This document shows positions 29,910 through 40,600 of a DNA stretch of 64,000 nucleotides, piece after piece (position 1 is the stretch's first letter; each line of letters opens with the position of its first letter). The DNA lies in the NCBI GenBank assembly GCA_045634965.1, contig JAZRBH010000006.1:128886-192885 (forward strand), written 5' to 3'. A model generated the notes under the pieces. The model ran no database searches. It was not told where the DNA came from and saw only the letters and a program-made list of their open reading frames with translations. Both the position numbers and the translations under genes were made by a program. The DNA comes from Paraprevotella sp. (lineage in GTDB: Bacteria > Bacteroidota > Bacteroidia > Bacteroidales > Bacteroidaceae).

Positions 29910-30896
29910 ATGATTATGTTTGAAAAATACAAAGAAACGAATCAGATGGGCGATATTATCTGTGATGATTATCGTATTTTGCAAGTGATGAGCCGATTTG
30001 GACTTACGTTAGGGTTTGGCGACCATACCGTAGGTGAGACATGTGCGACTGCCGGTGTAGATGCTACTACGTTTTTGGCTGTGGTCAATTTTATTCGTTC
30101 CAATGGTAGAACCAATAACATAGGTGATATTGTAGAGGCTTTATCGCTACCGTCGTTGATGGATTATCTGCATCGTTCACATGACTATTTCGTAAAATTT
30201 CGTTTGCCATCCATCCGTCGTAAACTGATTGAAGCATTGGATTGTTCTGCTAACAATCAGATAGCTTTCCTTATTCTTAAATTCTACGATGAATTCGCAT
30301 CAGAAGTGAGTCGACACATGGAGTATGAGGATAAACATATACATACTTACGTGAAAGATTTGATGAAAGGAGTTCGCACCCATTCGGAAGTCAATATCCA
30401 TCAACTTTCGCATCGTCATCAAGACAATCATGCGCAGATAGAAAAGACCTTATCGGAACTGAAAAACATTATTATCAAATATTACCCCACTGATAGTCAA
30501 GCACAGTTGTTGAATGAAGTGTTGATTGATTTGTACATGACGGAAGAAGACCTGTTCAATCATTGTCATTTGGAGGATACATTGTTTTATGAGGCGGTGG
30601 TCCGTCTGGAAGAGCAGTTTCAAGAACAAGGTGTGGAAGAGGATATTAAGGCAGATGCGATAGAGGAGACATTAACATCCACCGATTCGTTGAGTGAGCG
30701 TGAGAAAGAGGTTATCGTTTGTGTGGTTAAGGGGATGGCAAACAAAGAAATTGCAGAGCATTTGTTCATTTCAGTAAATACTGTGATGACGCATCGCAGG
30801 AATATCACTCGTAAATTGCAGATACATTCCCCTGCCGGATTGACGATATATGCTATTGTGAATGGATTAATCAATCTGGAGGAGGTAAAATTATAA
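29910..30896 (+). CDS. ScdA_N + hemerythrin + LuxR-HTH transcriptional regulator
   Basis: RFGLTLGFGDHTVGETC (ScdA/RIC N-terminus), HRSH, HMEYE and HCHLE hemerythrin motifs, LSEREKEVI..KEIAEHLFISVNTVMTHRRNI..KL HTH. Confidence 0.88.
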   Translation: MIMFEKYKETNQMGDIICDDYRILQVMSRFGLTLGFGDHTVGETCATAGVDATTFLAVVNFIRSNGRTNNIGDIVEALSLPSLMDYLHRSHDYFVKFRLPSIRRKLIEALDCSANNQIAFLILKFYDEFASEVSRHMEYEDKHIHTYVKDLMKGVRTHSEVNIHQLSHRHQDNHAQIEKTLSELKNIIIKYYPTDSQAQLLNEVLIDLYMTEEDLFNHCHLEDTLFYEAVVRLEEQFQEQGVEEDIKADAIEETLTSTDSLSEREKEVIVCVVKGMANKEIAEHLFISVNTVMTHRRNITRKLQIHSPAGLTIYAIVNGLINLEEVKL

Positions 30897-30899
30897 TAA

Positions 30900-31430
30900 A
30901 TGGATAAGATAGGCGTTTTTTGTGCAGCCTCTAACAAGTTGGAGCCTCAATATTATGAGTTGGCAGAACAGTTTGGCAAATGGTTGGGTGAGAATGGCAA
31001 GACCTTGGTCTACGGTGGTGCCAATTCAGGACTGATGGAAAGCATCGCCCGTGGTGTAAAGGCAATGGGAGGAAAAGTCGTGGGCGTCGTACCGGATATT
31101 TTGGAGAAGAAATGCCGAAAAAGCGATTTTATTGATGTGACCATTCCATGTGGCGACCTCAACGAGCGGAAAGCCATTCTCGTGGAGCAAAGTGATATCT
31201 TGGTGGCGTTGCCGGGTGGCATAGGAACATTGGACGAGATTTTCACCGTGATGGCAGCCCATAGCATCGGTTATCATGCAAAACGTGTGGTGCTGTTTGA
31301 TCTGAATGGATTTTGGGACGGTTTGTATGAAGTATTACAGGAGTTGGACCGCAAGCATTTCGTCAATGTACCATTGGAGGAATATCTGACTGTTGCCCGT
31401 ACTTGGGAGGAGTTATATGCTCTTTTGTAA
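30900..31430 (+). CDS. LOG-family (TIGR00730) phosphoribohydrolase
   Basis: LVYGGANSGLM, PGGIGTLDE. Confidence 0.9.
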   Translation: MDKIGVFCAASNKLEPQYYELAEQFGKWLGENGKTLVYGGANSGLMESIARGVKAMGGKVVGVVPDILEKKCRKSDFIDVTIPCGDLNERKAILVEQSDILVALPGGIGTLDEIFTVMAAHSIGYHAKRVVLFDLNGFWDGLYEVLQELDRKHFVNVPLEEYLTVARTWEELYALL

Positions 31431-31434
31431 TTTC

Positions 31435-32370
31435 TTATCCGAGAAGTTCTTTCTGTAACTCTTTACCAAAATCAATATCAATGGAGTTGTGAACGCTGGC
31501 GCATACGTTGGCTGCAAAACGTTTGCCACAATGGATAAGTTTTTCCCAAACATCATCGCTGAGGGTTGCGAGATGACCTTTCATGATGTTGTGTTTGACA
31601 AGTCCGTAGATGAATCCTGCATTGAAATTATCACCTGCTCCAATGGTACTGACCGTTTGAATGGTAGGAACATCAAACGATAGGGTTTTAAAGGGTGTGC
31701 AGACGGTAATTCCTTCACTTCCATGTGTACAGATGAAGATGGGACAATATGGAGCGATGTGTTCTTTGTAGATGAATTCTGCATCACGTGAGCCATACAT
31801 AATATCAAAGTCGTCTGCAGAACCGCGCACGATGTCTGTCCATTTGAAGTTTTCGTGTATGATGGGAAGTAACTGTTCCAATTCGTGCCGGTGGGAACGA
31901 CGGAAGTTCAAGTCGTAATAGAGGATGCCTTGTTGTTGGTTGGCATATTCCAGAAAACCTCTCATAAAATCCCTTGTGCCGGGACTGATGGCATAGAATG
32001 AACCGAATTGAATGATATCTCCTTCTTTAACATTTGGTCGTGGAGCATTAACATCACAAACCGGCGACTGTTTGTAGAACAAGTAATTGGCATCGTTATT
32101 CTCATTCAGGAAGGCCAATGAAAGTGCAGATTTGATATCTTCTCTCATGTTCAGATAATCGTCTTGCACATGATTTGCTTTGAGAAAGTCTGCAATGCGC
32201 TGTCCCACCTCGTCTTTCCCGGTTTCTCCTACGAATACAGCCGGGATACCGCAGCGCCCGATGGAGATGATGCTGTTGAACGATGAACCGCCTGGGACAG
32301 CAGCCGAGGGTTGTTGCCCCTTGAATATAATATCCATGATGGTTTCTCCCAGTCCAATGACCTTTCTCAT
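31435..32370 (-). CDS. PfkB family carbohydrate kinase
   Basis: GLGETIMD, PGGSSFN, YDLNFR, STIGAGDNFNAG; start moved to MRKVIG, downstream of the minus -7 box at 32398-32405. Confidence 0.9.
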   Translation of the reverse strand: MRKVIGLGETIMDIIFKGQQPSAAVPGGSSFNSIISIGRCGIPAVFVGETGKDEVGQRIADFLKANHVQDDYLNMREDIKSALSLAFLNENNDANYLFYKQSPVCDVNAPRPNVKEGDIIQFGSFYAISPGTRDFMRGFLEYANQQQGILYYDLNFRRSHRHELEQLLPIIHENFKWTDIVRGSADDFDIMYGSRDAEFIYKEHIAPYCPIFICTHGSEGITVCTPFKTLSFDVPTIQTVSTIGAGDNFNAGFIYGLVKHNIMKGHLATLSDDVWEKLIHCGKRFAANVCASVHNSIDIDFGKELQKELLG

Positions 32371-32397
32371 ACCTTTTTGTTTTGAATGATTCTGTTG

Positions 32398-32467
32398 CAA
32401 ACTTACTACAAAAAAGGGAATAAGTAGTCTTAATCTCCATAAAATCCGTTTCTTTGTGTTACCTTTG
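32398..32467. promoter_or_regulatory. Divergent -7 boxes for pfkB (minus) and the DEAD helicase (plus)
   Basis: TAAGTTTG on minus at 32398-32405; TACCTTTG on plus at 32460-32467. Confidence 0.6.
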
Positions 32468-32581
32468 CATGCGAAAATAAAAGAGTGATGGTTTTCGACG
32501 CAGGTCTGTATCGGCTGATATGATTGGGTTTTTGTTTTGCGTCGTGTACTATCGGGGTATTAATCAATAAAACAAAAACAG

Positions 32582-34498
32582 TTGAAAACATTTGAAGAAC
32601 TCGGTGTCTCCGCCGAGATTAGACAAGCAATTGAGGAATTGGGTTATGAACATCCTATGCCCGTTCAGGAGGAGGTAATTCCATATCTTTTGGGAGTAAA
32701 TAATGATGTGGTGGCATTGGCGCAGACAGGAACAGGTAAGACCGCAGCCTATGGTCTTCCCATTTTGCAAAAGGTGGATGCCGGCAGGACGGAAACACAG
32801 GCTTTGATTCTCAGTCCTACGCGTGAACTTTGTTTGCAAATCGCTGACGACTTGGAGAATTATTCCAAATATCTTCCGGGTGTACGTGTGTTGCCAGTGT
32901 ATGGTGGTACCAACATAGAAAGTCAGATACGTTCTTTGCGTAAAGGAGTACAAGTGATAGTTGCGACACCGGGACGTTTGATAGATTTGATGGAGCGCAA
33001 GGCTGCGTCATTGGATAAAGTGCAAAATGTCATTTTGGATGAGGCTGACGAAATGCTTTCAATGGGATTCTCAGAAAGCATAGATACGATTCTTGCCGGT
33101 GTGCCCGAAGAACGTAACACCTTGCTTTTCTCTGCCACAATGAGTCGTGAGATTGAACGTATTGCAAAACGATATTTGCGCGATGCGAAGGAGATTGTGG
33201 TGGGCTCACGCAACGAAGGGGCTGAAACGGTGAACCATGTTTATTATATGGTACATGCCAAGGATAAATACTTGGCATTGAAACGTGTAGTGGACTATTA
33301 TCCTAAGATTTTTGCGATTATTTTCTGTCGCACCAGAATGGAAACACAGGAGATAGCGGATAAACTGATACAAGACGGCTATAACGCTGATGCTTTGCAC
33401 GGTGATCTCTCTCAACAGCAGCGTGACTTGACAATGCAAAAATTCCGTCAGCATCGTATTCAATTCCTGGTGGCGACAGACGTGGCAGCCCGAGGATTGG
33501 ATGTGGAAGACTTGACACATGTCATCAATTATGGTTTGCCCGATGATACGGAGAATTATACACACCGTAGCGGACGTACCGGTCGTGCCGGTAAGAAAGG
33601 AACCAGCATCTGTATCATCCATACTCGCGAAAAGGCAAAGGTGCGTGAGATAGAGAAAGTCATTGGCAAAGAGTTTGTGAAAGGTGAACTGCCCAGCGGT
33701 AAGGAAATCTGTGCCAAACAGCTCTACAAGGTGATAGATGATATTGAGCGTGTGGAGGTGGATGAAGAAGAAATTGAACAATTCCTGCCTGAAGTATATC
33801 GTAAGTTGGAATGGTTGGACAAGGAAGATTTGATTAAACGTGTAGTCAGTCGTGAGTTTGGTCGTTTCTTACAATACTATGCCAATGCACCGGAGATAGA
33901 GGAGGTGTCATCATCCTCTGATAAAAACCAGAAGAAGGGCAAGCGCAATGGCAGACAGGCAGAGGAAGGATACACTCGTTTGTTCCTGAATTTGGGTAAG
34001 GTAGATGGTTTCTATGCTAAGGAGGTGATGAAATTGGTCAATGACAATGTTCAAGGCAAGGTAGAAATCGGACGTATTGACCTGATGAAGAGTTTCTCTT
34101 TCTTTGAAGTGGCAGAGGAAGAAGCAGACCGAGTGGTAAAATCTCTTTCCTCCATCCATTTTAAGGGACGTAAGGTAACCGTAGAGGTGGCAACAGGAGA
34201 AGCGAGTGATAGCGGTAGGGATAATAAACGTAAAGGTGGTAGGCGTGACGAAAAGAAAGGTCGTCGCGAGGACTCAAAAAACAAAAACGAAAGAAAAGGA
34301 CGTCCTGCTGAGAAAAAACAACAGGAAAAGAAACAGAAACCGAGTCGTGAGGAACGTGGCTATACTGCTGCCCGCGGGAAAAAATATACGAAGGATGATT
34401 GGAAACAATTCTTCAATCCTCAACCAACAAAAGAAATGAAAGGTGAAGAACCTGATTTCTCGGAAGAGGGGTGGGCACGTCGTTTCCCCAAGAAATAA
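32582..34498 (+). CDS. DEAD-box RNA helicase with DbpA-type RNA-binding domain (TTG start)
   Basis: AQTGTGKT, PTREL, LDEADEM, SAT, HGDLSQQQR, ARGLD, HRSGRTGRAG. Confidence 0.95.
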   Translation: MKTFEELGVSAEIRQAIEELGYEHPMPVQEEVIPYLLGVNNDVVALAQTGTGKTAAYGLPILQKVDAGRTETQALILSPTRELCLQIADDLENYSKYLPGVRVLPVYGGTNIESQIRSLRKGVQVIVATPGRLIDLMERKAASLDKVQNVILDEADEMLSMGFSESIDTILAGVPEERNTLLFSATMSREIERIAKRYLRDAKEIVVGSRNEGAETVNHVYYMVHAKDKYLALKRVVDYYPKIFAIIFCRTRMETQEIADKLIQDGYNADALHGDLSQQQRDLTMQKFRQHRIQFLVATDVAARGLDVEDLTHVINYGLPDDTENYTHRSGRTGRAGKKGTSICIIHTREKAKVREIEKVIGKEFVKGELPSGKEICAKQLYKVIDDIERVEVDEEEIEQFLPEVYRKLEWLDKEDLIKRVVSREFGRFLQYYANAPEIEEVSSSSDKNQKKGKRNGRQAEEGYTRLFLNLGKVDGFYAKEVMKLVNDNVQGKVEIGRIDLMKSFSFFEVAEEEADRVVKSLSSIHFKGRKVTVEVATGEASDSGRDNKRKGGRRDEKKGRREDSKNKNERKGRPAEKKQQEKKQKPSREERGYTAARGKKYTKDDWKQFFNPQPTKEMKGEEPDFSEEGWARRFPKK

Positions 34499-34506
34499 GG
34501 AATATG

Positions 34507-34545
34507 AAAAGGACTCTTATGATTAACAATCAGAGTCCTTTTTTC
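34507..34545 (+). terminator. Intrinsic terminator after the helicase
   Basis: aaaaggactct ... agagtcctttt followed by a T-run. Confidence 0.8.
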
Positions 34546-34590
34546 TTTATATTTTCCTTAATATTTCAATACTATTGCAAAATAAAACAC

Positions 34591-34598
34591 TAACTTTG
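34591..34598 (+). promoter_or_regulatory. -7 promoter box for the GH2-PL11 operon
   Basis: TAACTTTG, 28 bp upstream of the ATG at 34627. Confidence 0.6.
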
Positions 34599-34626
34599 TT
34601 GCCAACCTTAGAACGAATATAATACC

Positions 34627-37600
34627 ATGAAACAAATTAAAATTCTGATTGCGTTTTTGTTACTATTCTGTGGTACACCATTGTTACACGCTTCAGGGCA
34701 GCGTCAGGTGTTGAATTTTGATTTGGATTGGCATTTGTATATAGGAGATTTGCCTGTTCAGATGTTTGAGGATGCTGAAAGTGCCGAATCAATCAAAGGA
34801 TCGTCAATGGTATCCTTGCCTCGTGCTTTCAACGGTGAAGAAGCATTTTGCAAAAGTATCCATGAACTGACGGACACAGTGATGTGGTATTACAAAACTT
34901 TTAAACTATCGCAAAAGGCAATACAAGGAAAGGTCTTCATAGAATTTGAGGGGGTGCGACAAGGAGCTGATGTATATGTCAACGGACAGCACGTCGGCTA
35001 TCATGAGAATGGTGTCATGGCGTTTGGTATGGACCTGACTTCTTATGTAAAAAAAGGAAAGAATCTTATTGCTGTTCGTGTGGATAACAATTGGCAGTAT
35101 CGTGAGAGAGGGCATAAGTATAGCCGTTACCAATGGAACGATAAGAATTTCAATGCCAATTATGGAGGTATTCCCAAGCATGTCAAACTGCATCTGTGTG
35201 GTAAAATTTATCAGACATTACCGCTTTATAGTAATTTAGGAACCACAGGTGTGTATGTATATGCTACCGATATGAATTGTGCTCAGCACTCAGCGGTAGT
35301 ACATATAGAAAGTGAGGTTCGCAACGAGAGCGGAACAGCTGAGCATGTGATATATGAAGCGGAAATTTTTGATGCAAATGGGCAATCTGTCGCAACGATG
35401 CGAGGAACGTCTCAAGAGATACTTTCTGGAGCAACCGCTACCTTGAATGTATCAGGGAAGGTGGACGATTTACATTTCTGGAGTCATGGTTATGGTTATT
35501 TATATACGGTAAAATCACGACTGATTCGTGATGGAAAAGTAACGGATGAAGTGGCGACGCGCACCGGATTCCGAAAGACACGCTTTGCAGAGGGGAAAAT
35601 ATGGTTAAACGACCGTGTCATACAGATGAAAGGTTATGCTCAACGTACCAGTAACGAATGGCCTGCGGTGGGCATGAGTGTACCTGCATGGATGAGTGAT
35701 TACAGTAATCGGATGATGGTGGAGAGCGGAGCAAACTTAGTGCGCTGGATGCATGTGACACCTTGGAAACAAGATGTGGAGTCGTGTGATAGAGTGGGCT
35801 TGATGCAGGCGATGCCGGCCGGTGATGCTGAGCGTGATGTAGACGGACGGCGTTGGGAACAGCGAGTGGCATTGATGCGCGATGCTATTATCTATAACAG
35901 GAATAATCCAAGTATTATCTTTTATGAATGTGGAAATAAAGGCATATCTGAAGAGCATCTTTTGGAAATGAAAGCGTTGCGCGATCAATTTGACCCGTAT
36001 GGCGGACGCGCTATCGGCAGTAGAGAGATGTTGGATGTGGATAGTTCAGAGTATGGCGGTGAGATGTTGTACATCAACAAGAGCGCCAAACACCCTATGT
36101 GGGCGATGGAATATTGTCGCGACGAAGGTATGCGCAGATATTGGGACGATTGGACCTATCCCTATCATCAACATGGTGACGGACCTTTATACAAGGGGGC
36201 GGATGCTTCGGCGTACAATCAAAATCAAGACTTGTTCGCTGTTGAGCACATCAGACGTTGGCACGAGTATTGGGTGGAACGTCCCGGAAAGGGAAAGCGA
36301 AGCAGTAGCGGAGGGGTGAAAATCATCTTCTCCGACACGAATACCCATGCTCGCGGTGAGTCTAACTATCGTACAAGTGGCGTGGTTGATGCCATGCGCT
36401 TACCGAAGGAATCGTTCTATGTGCATCAAGTAATGTGGAATGGTTGGGTGGACAATGAACAGGAACGGACACATATCATAGGTCATTGGAATTATGCTTC
36501 AGGAACAGTGAAACCGGTCTATGTAGCTTCAACGGCACCCGAAGTGCGTTTAACTCTTAATGGCAAAAACTTAGGTTCAGGTCATCGTGAGTATGCCTTT
36601 TTACATACGTTCGACAAAGTGACGGTTGAGCCCGGTCAGTTGGTGGCAATAGGTTATGACGAGCAAGGGAATGTCCTTTCTTCAGACACCTTGACAACGG
36701 TCGGTGAGGCAGTAGCATTGCGTTTGACGCTTGAAACTGCTCCCGATGGTTTTAAAGCCGATGGAGCGGATATGGTTCTGGTTACGGTTAAGGCGGTGGA
36801 CAAAGATGGTAGGTTATGCCCGACGGATTTCCGTATGATAAATTACAGATTGGAAGGTCCGGGAGAGTTTTTGGGCGGTATTGCCGGAAACAGAGTGGAC
36901 GACTTGCCAGGCACGCCTAAAAATTATATTCTTTCTTCCCGTCTTCCTTTGGAATGTGGTGTGAGTCGGGTACTGATACGTTCAACTCGCCATGCCGGAA
37001 CGCTCAAATTGTGTGCTGTCGCCGATGGACTGCCTATAACCGAAGTGATGTGGTGGAGAAGTGAGAAAGTAAGTATGGAGGATGGTTACAGCACATATTT
37101 CGCAAGCGATGCCTTGCCTTTGAATTTGACCAATGGCGCAACACCGACGACACCATCTTATAAAGATACGAAGCTGAGTGTGGAGATTGCCGATGTCAAA
37201 GCCGGTGCGAATCAGGAGAAGGCCGGTTACGGTCATGATGACAATGAACGCAGTGAATGGACCAACGACGGACGCTTGTCGACGGCATGGATCACCTACA
37301 CGCTCAAGGCACCCGAAGTCGTTGACGAAGTGTGTATGAAGTTGACAGGTTGGCGTAAACGTCGCTATCCAATAGAAATATTAGCTGATTCCACCCTTGT
37401 GTGGGAGGGCGAGACGCCTATTAGTTTGGGATATGTGCATCTGCCTTTACGCCCTGTTCAAGCATCCACCATCACCATTCGTCTGAAAGGAAGTGCCAAG
37501 AGTGATGATGCGTTCAGTGGAATTACCGAGTTGGTCGCCCCTGTCGAGGGAGAGCTGGATTTGTATAAAAGTCAGGATGCAGACAAGAAGAACGAACTGA

Positions 37601-37689
37601 GAATTGTGGAAGTAGAGTTCTTGAAATGGCTTGCTCCGCATGCTGACGATGGAGTGATAATGAAGGAAAATAAAAAAGATATACCATGA
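34627..37689 (+). CDS. GH2 glycoside hydrolase (beta-galactosidase-like) with DUF4982 and C-terminal binding module
   Basis: Signal peptide, FIEFEGVRQ, NYGGI, TGFRKT, RNNPSIIFYECGN, HIIGHWNY. Confidence 0.88.
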   Translation: MKQIKILIAFLLLFCGTPLLHASGQRQVLNFDLDWHLYIGDLPVQMFEDAESAESIKGSSMVSLPRAFNGEEAFCKSIHELTDTVMWYYKTFKLSQKAIQGKVFIEFEGVRQGADVYVNGQHVGYHENGVMAFGMDLTSYVKKGKNLIAVRVDNNWQYRERGHKYSRYQWNDKNFNANYGGIPKHVKLHLCGKIYQTLPLYSNLGTTGVYVYATDMNCAQHSAVVHIESEVRNESGTAEHVIYEAEIFDANGQSVATMRGTSQEILSGATATLNVSGKVDDLHFWSHGYGYLYTVKSRLIRDGKVTDEVATRTGFRKTRFAEGKIWLNDRVIQMKGYAQRTSNEWPAVGMSVPAWMSDYSNRMMVESGANLVRWMHVTPWKQDVESCDRVGLMQAMPAGDAERDVDGRRWEQRVALMRDAIIYNRNNPSIIFYECGNKGISEEHLLEMKALRDQFDPYGGRAIGSREMLDVDSSEYGGEMLYINKSAKHPMWAMEYCRDEGMRRYWDDWTYPYHQHGDGPLYKGADASAYNQNQDLFAVEHIRRWHEYWVERPGKGKRSSSGGVKIIFSDTNTHARGESNYRTSGVVDAMRLPKESFYVHQVMWNGWVDNEQERTHIIGHWNYASGTVKPVYVASTAPEVRLTLNGKNLGSGHREYAFLHTFDKVTVEPGQLVAIGYDEQGNVLSSDTLTTVGEAVALRLTLETAPDGFKADGADMVLVTVKAVDKDGRLCPTDFRMINYRLEGPGEFLGGIAGNRVDDLPGTPKNYILSSRLPLECGVSRVLIRSTRHAGTLKLCAVADGLPITEVMWWRSEKVSMEDGYSTYFASDALPLNLTNGATPTTPSYKDTKLSVEIADVKAGANQEKAGYGHDDNERSEWTNDGRLSTAWITYTLKAPEVVDEVCMKLTGWRKRRYPIEILADSTLVWEGETPISLGYVHLPLRPVQASTITIRLKGSAKSDDAFSGITELVAPVEGELDLYKSQDADKKNELRIVEVEFLKWLAPHADDGVIMKENKKDIP

Positions 37690-40600
37690 AAAAGATTCTT
37701 ATAGGAGGATTGTTGTTCCTATGTGGAACACTTCAAATTTCAGCGCAACGTATACAACAGACGTTGGGTCGTGGTGTTGTCGCTGCACAGAACGGAACAA
37801 GTGTGACAGTAACATGGCGACGTTTTGCGCAAGAACCTGAAAATGTCACTTACAACTTGTACGTCAATGGTTCAAAGATAAACAACACTCCTTTGACCAA
37901 TACCAACTATGCAACGACAACCGGAGTTGTTCCGGTAGGGAGTAGCATAGCTGTAAGTGCTATAGTTAATGGTGTGGAGTCAGAGATGAGTGCACCGTAT
38001 GTCATGAAGAGTCGCGATTTGCGTAATATGTTTATGCAAATAAGTTTTGCAGCATCGCCTTTGGCAACTGCCAATTATACGACCGATTACGTGTGGCCTG
38101 CCGATCTGGATGGTGATGGCGAGATGGATTATGTAGTGAATCGAAAAAGCGTTTCTACGGGATTAGACAATTACATTGAGGGATATTTGCGCACCGGAGA
38201 GCATCTGTGGACAGTGAAGTTAGGACCGAACGAATTAAGTTGCTCAGGTCAGGACGATATGATTTTGGCATACGATATGGATTGTGATGGTAAGGCTGAT
38301 GTTGTGTGTCAAACGAGCGATGGAACGCAGTTTTGGGATGCCACCCATAAAACTTTCGGACTTTATGTGAATGGTCATACGACAGGCGATACCGACGGCG
38401 ATGGTATTATCAATTACGAAACGCAAGCCACACGTAATGCACCACGTTACATGACGGTGGTGGATGGTATGACAGGACGTGAGAAATGCAGTGTCGAACA
38501 GACCTATAATTCGGCATACAACAGAACCAATAGGAGTTCGTTGATGGGTGATGAGTATAACAAACACGTGGGGCACGTCGGGGTATTCTACCACGATGGT
38601 GTGCATCCGGCTGTCATTATGGAGTGGCACATTCGTTATACGAACGGAGGGCATGCCTACTATAATTCAGCCTTTGCCTTTGATTTCTCAAGTGGCAACG
38701 CGGGAGGGTGGAAGGAACTGTTCTGTAAACCGACAGGAGGTCCTGCCTTCCATCAGATAAGAATTGCCGATGTGGATGCCGATGGAAAGGATGAAATGCT
38801 CACCGGAGGATATACCATGAACGAGGATGGTAGCACGCTCAACAATCCGGGCATAGCCCATGGCGACCGTTTTCGTACGAGCGACATCGACCCTGAACGT
38901 CCCGGTTTAGAGACTTTTGCCATACAGCAGAATGCCGGTGATATGTTGGGACAAATACTTTATGATGCTGCTACAGGAAAGGCGATTAAGAAATGGTACT
39001 TAGGCGCAGTGGGCGATGTGGGTCGTGGTGAATGTATGGATATTGACCCGAATCATTTGGGTTGGGAAATGTGGTCAACCATGGGTGGCGTTTATGATGC
39101 TAAAGGTGAACTGATTCCTGAGCATACTGCACCCTATCCCACAGAAGGCATCTGGTGGGATGGCGATTATGACCGTGAAATCGTACAGACGAGTGATAGT
39201 CATTATAATGTTTATATACAGGACTTTTCTACAGGATGGCGCCTTATTGAAATTGCCAAGTTGAGCGGTTGGCGTTATGTAACGGTCTATGCCAAGCGTG
39301 CAGCTTTTTGGGGTGACATTATCGGTGACTGGCGTGAGGAGTTGGTGTTGCTCCACAAGGAGAATGGAGTCTGTGTAGGAATTGTCGGTTTCACAACCGA
39401 TTTCACAACGAACATCAACAATATTTATAGTTTGCAGGAAGACCCTGCATATCGTTTGCAATGTACCACGAAAGGATATTATCAGAGTCCGAACACAGGA
39501 TTCTATTTAGGTTATGACATGCCCCGTCCTCAGTTGCCACCTTGTATGGTGACAGACGTGATATGGAAATCAACCGACAACTTTACAAACTATGAACGCT
39601 CCGCAGCAGCTGTGTATGAAGATGGCAAAAGTGTGTTGTTGGATTTGAACTCTGATGGTGAGATTAGCATGACCAAAGAAATGCGTCCGAGTGTTTTGTA
39701 TGCTATGCCGGTGAAAGGACAAACCATTGCTTTGGCTGGTAGTGGTAAATTGTCCGGTGAGATGGACTTGTGGAAGAGTCAGGCAGGAACGTTAAAGGTG
39801 GATGTACCGATGGAATATACAGGTACTACCTATATCTCGGAAGGTACGTTGGAAGTTAATACCGAGTTGAAGAGCGACGTGTCCTTACGAGCAAGAGGTA
39901 CGTTGAGTGGAAATGGTAGTATCAACAATATAACTTTCGAGGGCGCTTTGAATGTTGAAGGTTGTCGTATTGCTCCCAATCGTTCCATGACTTTCAAAAA
40001 AGGTCTTGACATCAATAAAAAGGTATATATGGAGATGGACTTGCAGACTTCAGGTGCAGAACCGATAGTCGATGTGGTCAAGGTGGAGGGCGACTTGAAT
40101 GTGACTGCTCCGCTCATATTTACCATCGTAACGTCCGATGCTGCTCCGTTGCCCGGCAAATATAAACTCATAGAATACAGTGGGACGTTCAATGGGAAAA
40201 CGAGCTTTTTCAGCATTAATGGTTTGAAGGGTTTGTTCTGCGAAGTACTGAACGAAAATGGTGCGGTTTATCTCGTTATCAATGAACAAAGAACGGCATC
40301 AGCAGGTGTGCAATGGATGGGATATGAGGATAATTACTGGAACTATTCTGTTTCGAACTTTGACTTAAACGGGACAGCAACGTCTTTCGTTGCCAATGAT
40401 GCAGTCGAGTTTACGGACAATGCGACCTCTACAGGTGTCATCGTCAATGAACTGATGCCGGTGGCAAGCATCAGCGTGGACAATTCAACGAAGAATTATA
40501 TGTTTACGGGCGATGGCGGATTCAGCGGTAGCGGTTCTTTAGTGAAAAACGGAAAAGGAAAGTTGACACTGAAAGTCAACAAGAGCGATTATACAGGTGC

